NCBI GenBank assembly: GCA_021613535.1
Contig: CP075495.1
Span: 3,658,001 to 3,722,000, forward strand
Source of the DNA: Adineta vaga
Lineage: Eukaryota > Animalia > Rotifera
Direction: 5' to 3'
DNA: 64,000 bases
The notes under the pieces are model-generated. The model had not been told where the DNA came from, searched no databases, and worked only from the letters and a program-made list of their open reading frames with translations. Each line of letters starts with the position of its first letter. Within the stretch, counting starts at the first letter, position 1. Shown piece after piece: positions 27,977-42,290 of this stretch. A program made the position numbers and the translations under genes.

Positions 27977-29109
27977 ACCTGTGCAACGAACATTTTTTAT
28001 ACATGAAATTACAATGAAGACATTATATCTTTCTGCTTTTCTTTTTCAACCTCCCCCACTGCGCTTCTATTTTTTCCTTTTCCGGTTGCATAATCTTATT
28101 TAACTAAATCAGCAACGTAGACATCATTCGTCTTTTGTATATAATCAAAAATCATCAGTTTTGTACACGCACGTACATATCTCTTCTTTCTTCTTCTTCT
28201 TTATATATTCATATATTTACTAGAACTATCATTCATATATATTTCGTTTTCTTTATCTTTCTTTCTTTCCTTCTCTCTCTATCTCTCTCTTTGTTGTTGT
28301 TATTATTGTCGTCTTTGTCAATTGTTTGACTCTTTTTTTTCTTTTTCTTTGAGCACAACGTCAATGAAAACCTCTCTGTCCGTGTGCATCAATCGATTTC
28401 ATCTCTTCTTCTGGACCATGTAGATCTATATGATTTTCAATAGCTCGGATGAAGTCGATATCTATGGCTAGACAATGTATAAGCGACGAAAGATGAATGT
28501 GTATACGTCAATTCAATTTTTTGCTCTTCTTCTTCTTTTCTCTCTCTCTTTATTAGAACAACTTATTGTCAGCCATCTTTTTTTTCTCCTTTTGTGTGTG
28601 TGACTTCTATTTGAGAAGAATAAAAACAAAAAGGGATTGAAGTAGTATTTGAGCTTCTTTTTTTGTCGAATATGAGGTATTTAAAGATTGATTAGTCTGG
28701 AAGGACATGAACTTGAAAAAATAATTAAAATATCATCAAATGTGAACATGCATCAATGATCAATACGAAAGGTCAGATAACGTTATGATGAAATGAAAGA
28801 CGTGTATAACATGCTGAAAATCGCGTGATTTGGATAATGAAAATACAATGTGTACTTAAGACACATGAATATAGGTCTTAAAGGAATAGAAACATATAAA
28901 TAGTTTCCAATCATTGAAATAGTTAACTGAATCATATAAAATAGCTGATTTAAATGGCAAATTTATTACAATCACGATATAACAAATAAATTAAAAATAG
29001 TAACAAGGCTATCTTTTATTAAAGTTCAATAAACTAATGAAAGGATAAGAAAAAAATTGATATTCTATTTCAGAATTTAATTTTTATAATATAAATAACA
29101 ATTTCATTC

Positions 29110-30474
29110 ATGTCTTTCAACGATTGGTTATCATCATCATCTTCTTCTATATCTCGTCCACCACTTTTCGCGACAACTAATATCAATGAAATGAAATCAG
29201 ATCAACATCATCATTATCATCATCACTATTACTACCATTATGCACCGATGGCAGCAACAACAACAACTATCCGTCATCCATTGTATACTCATTGTCATCA
29301 ACAACATGACACGTCAAATATGATCGCATTAGTACCATCAATACCTATGATAGATCAACAGATACAATTGAAATATAAAGAAAATCTTCGTCAAAATTCG
29401 ACATTGAAATTACGTCGATGTGTAGCTTTATTTCTTCATTTAATTGGTATTTATATATTGTATTAACACAATGTAAAACTTATTTCTATCTATTTCATAG
29501 ATCATTCATCAATTGTTGATTTTCTACAATATGATAAACATTTTCGACATGCTGATAAAGTAGAGAGAATAAATCTTTGTTTTCTTTGAAGGATTAAATT
29601 TCTTCTTCTTTAGTATTTATTAGCAATGACATTGATCTATTTTTGGCGTGCAAAATTACGTGAACATTATTTTACGAAAGATTCATTTTATTTAGCATTG
29701 TAAGTATCGGAAAAGAAGAGATTTCGTTTTGATGATGATGATGATGATGTTTTGTTTAGATGGTTAGCTCATGATTCTGTTGAAGAAGATCTTACAGCTA
29801 AATATGGTTTATTACCATGGGCACTTCAAACAAATGATGGACATCCATCTGTTGATCTCAAAAACGATTTTAAACGATTTTTAACAAAGAAAAATGATCT
29901 ATGGACTCGTTTAGGCTTCCGAGCTCGAGTTTCCAAAGAAGAATGTGATGAAGTAAAGATTATTATTCAATTATTTAAGCTTTCAATAAATATTTTTGAT
30001 TAGATTATGCTTATTCAACCACATCATTGGATTTGGCAGAGAGAACGATCGAACGATTACAATACAACAATGGCTACATTAAATCGACGTCAAAAAAATC
30101 GTCCTGTAAATCTGAAGATAGCTGTTCATCATCTTCATCAATGTCATCTGCAGATGATACAAAGTAAGTTAGAAAAATCTAGTCAAAACAGCTTTGAAGT
30201 ATTCCTAAGATGCAATAGGTGCATAAATAAGATCTTTTGTATTAATCCGAATGAGAAGTTTAGTTTTTGATTCGGAATCAGATATAGTATGATGATCGTC
30301 TAAGAAAACCTATTACGGCAAAATATTCGAATAATTTTATGTTTTTATGTTTTTTTTCTAAGAAAATCTATTCATCATTCATACAGATCAATGATGACTG
30401 TCGACGATATCAATGAAGATAAGATCTCTTGGACAAATAAAAAAGAAATCGACGAGATAATCATTTTAGATTAA
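29110..30474 (+). CDS. SPDYA: Speedy/RINGO atypical CDK activator
   Basis: DKYLLAMTLIYFWRA, FYLALWLAHDSVEED, KYGLLPWAL, LWTRLGFRARVSKEECDEIM, HWIWQRER; 3' end ambiguous (possible frameshift; alternative last exon to 30754). Confidence 0.88.
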
Positions 30475-30605
30475 ATTATTTCGATTAATTTTGTGATTAT
30501 GTGTGTTTTTTTCCTGTTAAGAGAAAATGGTCTTTATTTTCGATTGTATATGTGTGATATTTAGAGAAAAAAAACCTGTATATTTCTTTTGTTATTTATT
30601 TATAA

Positions 30606-30635
30606 AAGAAGAAGAAGAAGAAGAAGAAGAAGAAG
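30606..30635 (+). repeat. (AAG)n microsatellite
   Basis: About 10 perfect AAG units. Confidence 0.9.
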
Positions 30636-31309
30636 ACCAAGAGATTTCGAATTAAGATATATACATATATTTCTTTCATTTTAGTTTATCAAATGGACAA
30701 TCTGTTCCAGATGAAAGTTCTATGGATACAAGAAATGATGATGAGAATTGTTGAAATTTATTATTTTATTTGTTTTAAGTTGAAATATATCTTCAATCAG
30801 TTTTTAAGTTTGCAAATTTATTTGTCCGACAATTCCAATATGTTTGTTAATTAATCTATGCGTTTATTTCTATGATTTCGTTTTCTATTTGAATGTGTTA
30901 ATAATCCCCGGTGGATATTGTCAGTATGTTCTTTCAATTCAGTTATCTAATGTGCTTGATTACTATTTGTTCTGTTTTCTGTTATCCCTGGTGGATAGAT
31001 GTTTATTGTTTAATGTTAAATATGATAAATGTAATAATTGTAAAATCTGTTCTTTATGTTTTTCATTCAGTTCAATTGTTCGATTAGGAGAATTAATTAA
31101 TTAATAAAAATGTTGATAAATTGACTTCATACAAATGTATTATTGAAATTTAAATCGAAGTAGGTAATTATTTAATAGAAAAAAGCAAAAAAATATATAT
31201 GCTTAAAAACAATAAAATCCTCTGATAATTAATGGCTGTTTTGATTTGAAAAAATAAATAGTATCACTAAAACGAATCAATATTAGTATTATTAAAAATA
31301 TTGAATTTT

Positions 31310-33284
31310 TCACTGAGATGTTTTGGATAATTCCGCATTTGTCTCACACATTTCAATATCAGTCGATGGTGGAACGAGTTGTGATGATGACGAACATGAC
31401 CATATTGTATAGATAAGCGATGCAGTAAACACAGATAACACAGATAAGCATACATGATAACCAAATTCTGGCATTTTAGGTAAGATTATTATAAGGATAT
31501 AACGAAGCATATCAAAAAATTGATTTAAAGCACTTTGTGTACCACCTATACGACCGCGAATATCTTCAGGAACACGTTCTTGTTGTAATTGATTAACAGT
31601 TAAATCAACCACCCATAAACCTAAAAATCAGATTACTATCATAGCTATTTGTTACAACTAATTTTAACTTTACCAAATCGATTGAATGTAATACCGATAA
31701 TTAATAAAAGAACAGATACATTCAGTTCTAAACAATAATAAGGTATAAAATTTGTTGTACTAACAGGATTTATTGTGGAATTGAGATGACATGAATATCC
31801 TGTCAATATTTCATATGGAGCAAAAGTCGATCCATGAACAAATAAAGATGATAGACAAAGAAGTAACATGGAAAATTCGGACCAAAAACCAATTACACCT
31901 GTACGTACAAGACCATTATGTTTGACAAAAACTGGATACATAAATGTTCCAATTACACCAATAACTGATCCTAGTCCATTTAATCCACCTAAAACAACTT
32001 CAGATAAACCTTGGTCAATCACATATGCTAGAAGAAGAATAAAGTTTGTCTATTAAGAAAAACAAATGTAACATTTGAGAATATCGTTACCTCGAGTGAC
32101 CGAATCAAAACTTAAGACAGTCATATAGAGTAATGCGAGAGATAGACCTGGTAAACAAACTGAAAGTGATCCGTATGTTCCTAAACCTTGTATCGATGAA
32201 AGTAATCTAATAGAAACAAATGAAATCGATTTACTTTGAAAATATCAATTCATACTTTGTTACAACTCCTTCTTCAACTTGTGATGATTCTAAATAATCG
32301 AATGATTCAATTCTTTCATCTATTTTTCCTTTTTTGATTTACCTTGATTGGAATTTGTTTTTGAAATTTTATGTGATAGAACATTTTCAGCTGTTCGATA
32401 AACTTTCGTATATAAAAACCATTCAAGACCAAGTGAAATCACATTCCAACCAGCAATAAATACAGCACTAACCCATCGAAATGTAAATGCCATTATGGCA
32501 CCTGTTGCAATCGGCGCTAATACATTACTTATAAGATCAATTCGACGAATAGTTGCATTTGTATCTATTTTTATTAAAATCGAATATCGCCGAAAATTAA
32601 ATCAATTTCAAATACATCAAATGAGAATTACTTGCTAGATTTTGTCGATCTGAACCATATAAAACAACAACCCAATCTTTCGATATAGATATTTTACTTG
32701 CCATACTCGATAACGTTGCTATAATACCAATTCCAATTAACATACCTTGAATAATAATATTCCAATTTGCTGAAAATTTCGATTGATCATAAAGTGCAAT
32801 AACAACTAGAATAGCCATGAAAGCAACAGAACAATTTTGAATGAGTAATATCTTTCGAAGAGCTAAATATTCGATGTAATTAACAATTCTAAAATGTATG
32901 AATATTGCTTACTTGGTAGTCGAGGATTATGATCAATCCAAATACCAATAGCTGTACCAAATAAAATCACTGCTAAATTAAGTACGACACCATTGATAGC
33001 AACACCTTGAAGATTCGTAGGATTAAGAGATATGAAATAAATTCCCACAGCAAAACTCCACATACGATCTCCCTGAACAGAAAAAAGTACATTATTTAAT
33101 GCGAATAATTTAATAGAATTACTAATTACCCATGATGAAAGAGACATTGCAATATAGAGATATAATTTTGTTTTGTCTAAAAATGTGAGTTTTATTTTTC
33201 ATGTTTAAATAAATGTATCTGTATACCATATTTTGATTTTGTTTCCTCGACTATTTCATCGTTGGTTAGATGAGTATCTGTCAT
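31310..33284 (-). CDS. SLC40A1: Ferroportin (SLC40A1-like iron exporter)
   Basis: SSWGDRMWSFA, SKDWVVVL, NATIRRIDL, LALLYMTVLSFD, RFGLWVVDLTVNQLQQERVPEDIRGRIGGTQ. Confidence 0.93.
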
Positions 33285-33529
33285 TATTTTCTACAAACAT
33301 TTGAGAAGAGAATTCTTTTGAATTAAGTAAGTAATTAAAATGAATGAGGAAAATGCATTCTTATGCAAGTTTATTTTATTTAATTCTTTGAAAAAAAATA
33401 TAGACGAATTTTGTTGAATAGTTTTTCAAAGAAAAAGATTATAATCAGGATTCTATTTTCGAAAACTAGATGACAACGAGAAGAAAAGACAATCGACAAA
33501 CTAATTATTAGTGTCACATCATTTGGTTT

Positions 33530-35068
33530 TTAGTTGGTACAGGTTTTCTTTGAATTCTTGTTATTATTGTCAGTGTAAGTAAATACTCGCACATCACCTT
33601 GAATACTTCGTTGTCGAAGAAAGATTTTGCACATACGAGCAAATGCAAATAAAACTGTTTCGTCATTGAAACGAACTAAATCAGGAAAAGCTCGACGAAA
33701 ATGTTCTGTTGCTTCTTCTACAAAATAATCACAAAAAGAATATGATTTTCAGATCAAAGAAAAATGAATATTATACCTAAATGATAATGTGGTACTTTTG
33801 TAAAAAGATGATGAATTTGATGTGTACCAATCGAATGAATAACTGAATGAGCATGACCATAATGACGATCAACAGTTGAAAGTTGTCCTTTAACATTATT
33901 CCATTCTGAATCGGCATACCATGGAACATCACTAGAATCATGTATATTAAACATTTATTTTACTTCTTCTTTTCTAACAATCTACGATATATTACATTTC
34001 TGTATGATGTAACATTGTTATTATCACCATATACGATGCAAAAATACATACTGGAATAAGATGATAAGCAAATAAGGTAAGAAATCCGTATGTACTTGCA
34101 AACAAATACATTAAATAACACTAAAAACAAAGAATGTTTATTGAAAATTGTCAAAGATTTTATTGAACGAAGAAGTACCATTCCTAAATAACTTGCGAGT
34201 GATGAACAAACACCGAATAAATGTCGATCGTAAAATATAGATTCGAACTTAAAAAAATATAAATATAAGATATAGATTTAATTTGAAAATTAGTTTTTTC
34301 TATTTTTACAGGATTGAAATGGTTGACATTTCTTGGTGCATAACCATTAGCTAAATAATAGAACCAACCAACACCCGGAAACCAAAAGAAAATATCATCT
34401 CTTATTGATTCTTCATACGGTTCACCACGATGAGGATAGAATACTTCATCCTTATCAATATTACCCGTATTTTTATGATGATGATTGTGAGTTAACTACA
34501 ATTAATATAGATTGAAAGAAAAACATCTCAAGTGCTTTCGTTCAATGTTACCTTCCAGGTATAGTATGGTGCTAAAATCCAAGTGTGTAAGATAGTTCCT
34601 GTGGAGAAAAAAAAGAAAAAAAGATATAAATCCATTTTTTGTCTTTATTTCTTACCAACAATATCATTTAATAAAGGATAGAAACTAAAACTTGAATGAC
34701 CACAATCATGTCCAAGTACAAAAAGTGATGTATAAAGTGTACCTAAATGTATGAGTAATTAGAAAACGTCCTTTTATTTTTCAATGAAAATAAACAAACG
34801 AACCTTGAATATACCAATAGAGTGGAAAAAGTAAAAATCCGTATTGAAATCTGTTTTGAATTTGCCACATAACGAGAAATGTTATTGCTACGTAGACGAT
34901 ATCTTTAACAACATAACTCATTGATTGAGTAACTGTTGGTCGAAAACAATGTGCCGGAATTTTAACTTTTATTTCCGATAATGTTGGTAAACGATGGGGT
35001 GATTTAGAATCAATTTGTTGTTCATCATCATGTTTTTCAATACGTGTATTATGACTACCTTTTCCCAT
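33530..35068 (-). CDS. Methyl-end (omega-3/delta-12 type) fatty acid desaturase
   Basis: [15 protein letters not shown]; His boxes [16 protein letters not shown] and HQIHHLF; [12 protein letters not shown]; no cytochrome b5 domain. Confidence 0.93.
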
Positions 35069-35555
35069 GGGTATATTCTGTTGGAAACTAAACTTAACTA
35101 CACTGAAATTGAAAAAAAAACATGTTTTCTTTGAATAAGTAAAAAGAGATCACGTAAAAAAAATGTACGTAAATGATAAGCATCGCTAAACTATCTAGAA
35201 TAATAATGTGTGCATGAGCAAAACATGCTATTTTTAGAGATTGTGGCGCTGTAAGTAACTTTCTTCGTTAAGATCTATTTTTTGTTAGATTACATAGAAT
35301 AGAAAATCTAGAATCAAACAGAATCATCTATTTACGCAGATGATTAATTGTAAAGATGTCGCTAGTTCTCATTCACGTGGACATGCGGTGTCGACGTGAA
35401 ACGAAAATGATAGTTGATTATTTTTTTTACGATTTCGAATCGCGTCGCGTACGTACCCACGTCTGTCGGGAGTCACATTAACGCTTGGTACTTTCTTTTC
35501 TCTCTTTTTTTTGTTTGTGTCGTGTAAAATAATACACTTAAATAATAATAAAACG

Positions 35556-38192
35556 ATGCCAACTAATACAAAAGATCCAATTAAATGTAAATATACCTCA
35601 TGATTAAAACTATAAGATAAAAAATGTTGTTTTTTTTGTTATTAAGCACGAAAAATTTCATCGGCTAATCATGATGAATTATTAACAGTTTTCAATCGTT
35701 ATGCTCATCATGAATATCTTGGTCAACGTTATATGACTCCACATGAATTCTTACAAGATTATTTAGGATATTTAAAAGGAGATAATATTGATCCAACAAC
35801 ATTGAATATTCTTGCATCATTAGTAGATTTAAATAAAGATCAAAGTAAATTCAGATTCTCGTCATAGAATTAAAACAATTTTATTTCATCTAGAAATTAC
35901 TATAACTGAATTTGTGAATTTTGAATCTTTATTACTTGCATCGGATTCATTATATCGACTTGCTTTTCAATTATTTGATCGTCAAGGACAAGGTTTTATC
36001 ACCTTTGATGATTTTCAATATATTATTTCAGCAACTAAACAATTCAAAGAATTTCCATTTAATTTCGATTCAGAATTTGTTCGGATGCATTTTGGTGTTA
36101 AACATCAAAGACATATTACTTACACAGAATTCACACAGATTCTTCTCGGTAAATGAATTTTTCATTTGAATAAACAACAAATGAAATTTTCTTTTAGATT
36201 TTATCGATGAACAAACCATTCAAACATTCCGTAAATTTGATAAAACAAATGTTGGCTATATTTCATTGAAAAATTTCGAAATGATATTAAAAGAATTACG
36301 ACAATATCAATTATCTGATTTTATTTCAACACATTTAGTTGATATTGTTAAATTTTCAACATCAACAGCTTTGCCCAATCAAATATCTTATCCATATTTT
36401 ACAGCTTTTCTACAATTATTATCAAATCTTGAATCAATGAGAAAAATTTATCTCTCTATCTGTGAAAAAAAAGCACATACATATAAATCATCAATCATAA
36501 CAAAAGATGAATTTTTAACTGAAGCTCAACATTTTCCACGAACGACACCATTTCAAATTGATATTTTATTTGCTATTACACATTTATTACATCAAACTAA
36601 TGGAGGAAAAGATAGTTCAATTGAATATATTGAATTACAAGATTTTGATATTATATCTGCGAATGAACATTTATTACCATATCGATTACGATCAGAAATT
36701 GTTGATGAACATTATAAAGTTGAACATCAATCTATTTCAATGAAACTTTTAGAAAGTGGTTATCGATTTGCACTTGGTATCTTTTATTTTTATTTTTTCG
36801 ATAGACTTTGATTACTCATATAAATAGATTTATTTGTTAGGTAGTATTGCTGGTGCGGTTGGTGCTACAGCCGTTTATCCAATTGATCTTGGTAAGATTT
36901 GATCTAACTGAGATTATTTAATTTGAGTCTCTTGTTTTTAGTTAAAACTCGTATGCAAAATCAACGTAGTACGAGTATTGTTGGTGAACGTCTTTATCGA
37001 AATTCAATTGATTGTTTTAAAAAAGTTGTTCGACATGAAGGTGTTTTTGGTTTATATCGAGGTAAGATCAATTCGAAAGGAATATGAACTATAAATTAAT
37101 CGATCATTTCAGGTCTAATCCCACAATTGGTTGGTGTTGCACCAGAAAAAGCTATTAAATTAACTGTGAATGATTTTATTCGTGATAGATTAACACAATC
37201 TGATGGAACTATAACTCTTTGGGCTGAAATTGTTGCTGGTGGATGTGCTGGTGCCTCTCAAGTAAAACTATTTTCATATTTCTTTCGATTGGAAATGTTT
37301 TCTATTTGATCAGGTAACATTTACTAATCCATTAGAAATCGTTAAAATTCGTTTACAAGTTGCTGGTGAATTGCAATCAGTTCGTCGTCCAGCTGCAAGT
37401 GAAGTCGTACGTGAACTTGGCCTTCGTGGTTTATATAAAGGCGCTCGTGCTTGTTTTCTTCGTGACATACCATTTTCTGCAATATATTTTCCGGCATATG
37501 CTCATACAAAGAAACGTTTCGCTGATGAACATGGTTATAATGATCCAAAAAGTTTATTTATGTCTGGTCTACTCGCTGGTATACCAGCTGCTGGTCTTTG
37601 TACACCAGCCGATGTCGTTAAAACACGTTTACAAGTTCAAGCAAGAAAAGGACAAACGAAATATAATGGTTTAATTGATGCGTTTAAAAAGATTTATATT
37701 GAAGAAGGATGGACAGCGTTTTGGAAAGGTATATGATTAATGAATTTCAGAATGAAAATAGATCAGTTATAATTGATTTAGGTACTGGTGCACGTATGTT
37801 TCGTTCATCACCTCAATTTGGTTTTACTTTATTGACTTATGAATTACTTCAACGTGCATTAAATATGGATTTTCAAGGTAGAAAATTAGAAGGATCAAAA
37901 CATGTTGATCAAGAACAATATTCATCGAAATCACGTGCATCAATTATACTTTCTGCTAATACGGACCATGTCGGTGGATTTCATTTAGCTCAAGCAACAT
38001 TTGAAGGTTTATTTTATCATATTTAAATAAATGAATATATCTTATATCTCGTTTTTTTTAGGTATTGAAACACGTTTCGGTTTAGCTTTTCCAAAATATA
38101 AAACTCCAACATCAACTGAACATTCATCAACAATTCCTCCATTGACTACATTACTCGGTGTTAATCCAACACAGACAACTGCAGCTCATTAA
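35556..38192 (+). CDS. SLC25A12: Ca2+-binding mitochondrial aspartate/glutamate carrier (aralar/citrin)
   Basis: N-terminal EF-hands ([20 protein letters not shown]); carrier repeats [33 protein letters not shown]; RSSPQFG; [22 protein letters not shown]. Confidence 0.95.
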
Positions 38193-38529
38193 ACTTCTAA
38201 TTACCAAAGAACTTTCAACGTAGATTAGACTTTATTTGTTTTCTTTTTCTTCAATCTGAGTGTTATAGAACTTGTTGACAGTGATAGTCTACTATCTGTG
38301 CTTTTTCCTAAACTATTTTTGTGCTAGAATGAACATTTCCATGTAGAATGAGGCAAAACAATCTTTAGAACGAATGAAACGTTAGTAAAAGTATATACTT
38401 TCTTTTGTCATCGTTTAGATCTATCACGATTTTTATCTTTTTTAGTTTTGTTTTTCTCTGTCAAAGATGATGATTCTATAAACGAAAATTAAATAGAGTT
38501 ATATGCACATTTTTCCTCTTTTTCTTTTA

Positions 38530-39879
38530 TTAGAAAAAAAATCCTAAAAATCGTTGGTGCTTCGTAGTACTATATGCACTCCAACATAGATTACTTCGTT
38601 GATAAATATCATTATTTTGTTGATGTCGAGATTTCGCCAATATTAAACGACGCCAATATGCATGACGTAATTTTTCAAAATGATAAATTTTCTTGTTTGA
38701 TAATTTCTTTCCTGACATTTCACGTAATTTTTCATATAAAAATGATTCATTCAATTCTTTATGATCATTAATAATTAAAACAGGTAGATTTTCATAAAGA
38801 ATATTCAATGAACTATTCCATACAATTGGAATTATATCAAGATAAAGTGCTTCCCATGTTCGATGACAATCGAGTCCACCACCACGTGGTGATAACCAAA
38901 AAGCATATTGACGATTAGTTCTATAAATATTTGGAAGATTTTCTATTTGAACACCATTTGGTTTTCGTAAACATGTTATATATGAAACGTTGGATAAAAA
39001 TTTTCGACGACATATTGTTCTCAATAGATTCGCACGATGACCAGTTCCATCAGTACCTGAATCAAAATTGATTAATACTAAGTTTTTTGCTGGTATCGTT
39101 GTTGTTAATGCTCGATATGAGACATCTTGTAAGTGGATATAACTAGATGGTTCGTCTGTCTCATTATAGATTGGAGGTAGAGTATGTTCTCGTTGTTCAG
39201 AATAAACAGTTTCAATACCATCAGCCATTTGAAAGCAATTAATTCCTTTAAAAAATTTGAGATTAGATGAAGTTATTGTAAGTATAATATAATGAATCAT
39301 ATTTTAAAACTTACCAATAGGTAGATGGGTGAATTTCTCATAAGTCGATGCAGGATATTGTCCATTTTGTCCAAACCAATGAATAATTTTTGAATCAGAT
39401 GCTTGAAGATATGTCAAATGTGTTGGTGATGACACATCGCCTTCGCCCGTAATTAATACAAAATTATTTATTAAATATGGATAGATATGTCTAAAGAATG
39501 TATCAATTGCCCATATTCGAACATAGATAATACTACCAGGTGGTAAACATGGTGCTATAGATTTTCCTTTACTTGTGGAAATTTGTATATGTTCATCGAA
39601 TTGATCAGGCCATTCATAGACCCAATCAGCAAGATTTCGAAAGTTTTGTGGACAAACAAAATTTGGAAAATGTCGAATGATGTATGAAGAATTAAATTGC
39701 AGAGAAGTTTGCGTTAATTGACTCGTATAAGAACATAATTGCGAACACGGATATATTGGTTCTTCACCGGATAGAAATAGATTATTAAGAATACGTAATG
39801 TAATCAAAAATAGTATAATAAAAGTACTAGTACGAAAAAAATGTCTTGGTCGACGCTTTAGTTTTATGATTAAGGTCAT
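38530..39879 (-). CDS. Type II membrane exostosin/GT47-like putative glycosyltransferase, 2 exons
   Basis: N-terminal signal anchor; FVLITGEGD, IIHWFGQN, HLPIGIN, WLSPRGGGLDCHRTWEALYLDIIPIV. Confidence 0.7.
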
Positions 39880-42290
39880 TTGACGTGTTATCTGCCATTG
39901 AACATAACCATAAAATTGATCTAAGAAAAAAAGGAAATCAAATAGTTTTCATTCTGTTATTTAGATAATCTAGACGATACTGTATGGAAGTAGAAGACTT
40001 TTATTTGCAAGAAAGATGATACCATTTAAATATGCTTACATAATACATATTGCAAGTGTATTTATTCCTTCGTGTGTGTGACCGTTATGCTTGATTGATA
40101 AACAGTTTTCAATCACGCTCATATGAATACGTATTTATGTATATAGACCAAAGTATATTCAATGTAAGTGATAAACAAAATGTATATCATTATAAAAAAC
40201 TATATGGCCAATTATTTTATTCTAACGAACATAGATAAATGAACTGTAGTACTAACGTTTGTGTTTGAAAATTGAAAAAATATTTAAAATAGTCGATGGC
40301 TAGCTCTTTAGTGTTGATAAATTGACTATACTATTACACATGTACTATTTTGCAATGAATTATAGGTTAATAGTCGTTTCGAAAATGCGTGATATAGTTG
40401 ATGTGTATGACAAGTGCATTGTCACTGGTAATGTAACGAAAAACGAAATGGCGGCTCTTATGTTTACTTTCGTTTACGATAGACGAAGGTAACATATATG
40501 AATATTGATACACAGGATAATCTTATATTCTAATGACACCTATGGTTTCATTTTGTACCAGTGTTTGTAATAAGTTCTCCTTTCAGACTATATATAATGT
40601 TGGTAGTACTCGTATAGTCCATGTATTCTACTGGTATTTCTGTAAGGAAATGTAGAGCAAAAAAATATTCAAACAAATCGAATTTTGATATCACACTAAA
40701 GTTATTATTGAAAACTAGATGGCATTCGAGCTTTACTCGACTACGAAAAGCGATCCAATAAGTAGATTTCGTATATTGCTGAGATGAACAACATAGATTG
40801 TACAGAATATGAATGTCTATCTATTTATCTATGCATCATCATCTGTGGAATGAAAATCGCGCCTAACTCTTCTTCTTGGCAATCTGATTTTAATTATCTA
40901 AAAAAACTTCGAAGTCAAAATCGTTCTCAGTCGAGTTTCGATGTTCGTTTTCATCTGGTATTTCAATTCATTTTTTCTGATCTACAGTTCGTGTGATTGT
41001 CACATCACAAAATGTCATAAAAGTATGCGAAGGCGAAAGACTACATAAATGCTTCTGCTTATTGCATCGCATTAATAAATATAGAGTACAGTCAGTAGTT
41101 TGTTATATAAAGGTTATTGACATCTTTTGAATAGAAATAAATAAGTAAGTTTGATAACGATATTTATCAAATCATAAATAGTTCAACGAGACAGTCCAAG
41201 GTATTTCAGTTGTTCTTGACTGAAAATATCAATGTTATATCGAATACCTTTATATTCCCTTATACTGTTAATCATTATTCTTATGTACTTTAATTCCTAG
41301 CATATTTATTTGGGTAAACTCAATGTTTGCTCAGAAGTTATTATCGATTCATTCGTAGATCATCATTGTAGAAAATCTAGATGAAAAAAAAGTAATAATC
41401 TCGCTTTACTTCTTCCCTCGAGCTGTTCCTTACTTGCTTTCTTTTTCACATATGCATTGATTCTTGAGTATATATTAAAATGTAAATTTAATGTGATGCT
41501 TCAGTTTGTAGAAATCTTTTTTACTGCATAAAATCTGTGTGTCATCTCGATTGATACTTACTTTATGAGACTAACGTCTGTAGAATGATTCCATATAGAA
41601 TAATATTTAAGAAGGATGATGCATCAAAATGTGAATCAGATAAAAACGTATGTGTAAGAGTTATACGCGCAGTTCAACTACTACGAAAGTTGCAATATTT
41701 TTTTTCATTGAAATTCATAAAATGATGATAGTGAATAGCTGTACTCTACTATTTAATTGAACAAACCTGAACTTGTTTGATTCGACAAAATAGTTAGAAA
41801 GAAGTGCTATGAAATATAACTGAAAGAGAAAAGACTTTCACCACCGAACTTATAATTCTTATACTATAAAAAATAGAAAGTAAAAGGAAACAGAGCAGCC
41901 TTTCCGTTGAGCGTAGTTCATTTCTTTTTCTTTTCTTTTCAAGTGTGAATCAGCTATACTATGATGTGTGGAAGAATTTTCTTATTTCTTTTCTTCTGTC
42001 TTTGCTTCGTTACCTGGCACACGGTACGCACATTAGAAACAGTTGCATTCGAGAAGAAAACATCAAGGTTAAATTTTCAAATATATGTGAAGTCTTTCCA
42101 AACTTTCAATTTCATAGATGATTTTTTTTTCTCTTTTTTTTAGTATTATTCATTCATAATTAAAACAAACACTCACTAATCGCATCAAGGTCTTTTTCGC
42201 AAAAACAAAAACACCAATCAAGTGAAAGACATTTCGCTCGAAACTATGTCTTTTTGTTCGTTCGATTAAAATTCATGTTATTATTGAGTT

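Noticed and set aside
30840-31104. 86-aa ORF and short direct repeat (atccc[c/t]ggtggata x2) between Speedy and ferroportin
   Set aside because: Non-ATG start and no recognisable protein; likely 3' UTR sequence
33285-33529. Iron-responsive element in the ferroportin 5' region
   Set aside because: No CAGUG(N) loop hairpin seen on the sense strand
39900-42280. Gene-free stretch with short ORFs; possible transposon or ncRNA
   Set aside because: No recognisable domain, terminal repeats or RNA structure found by eye
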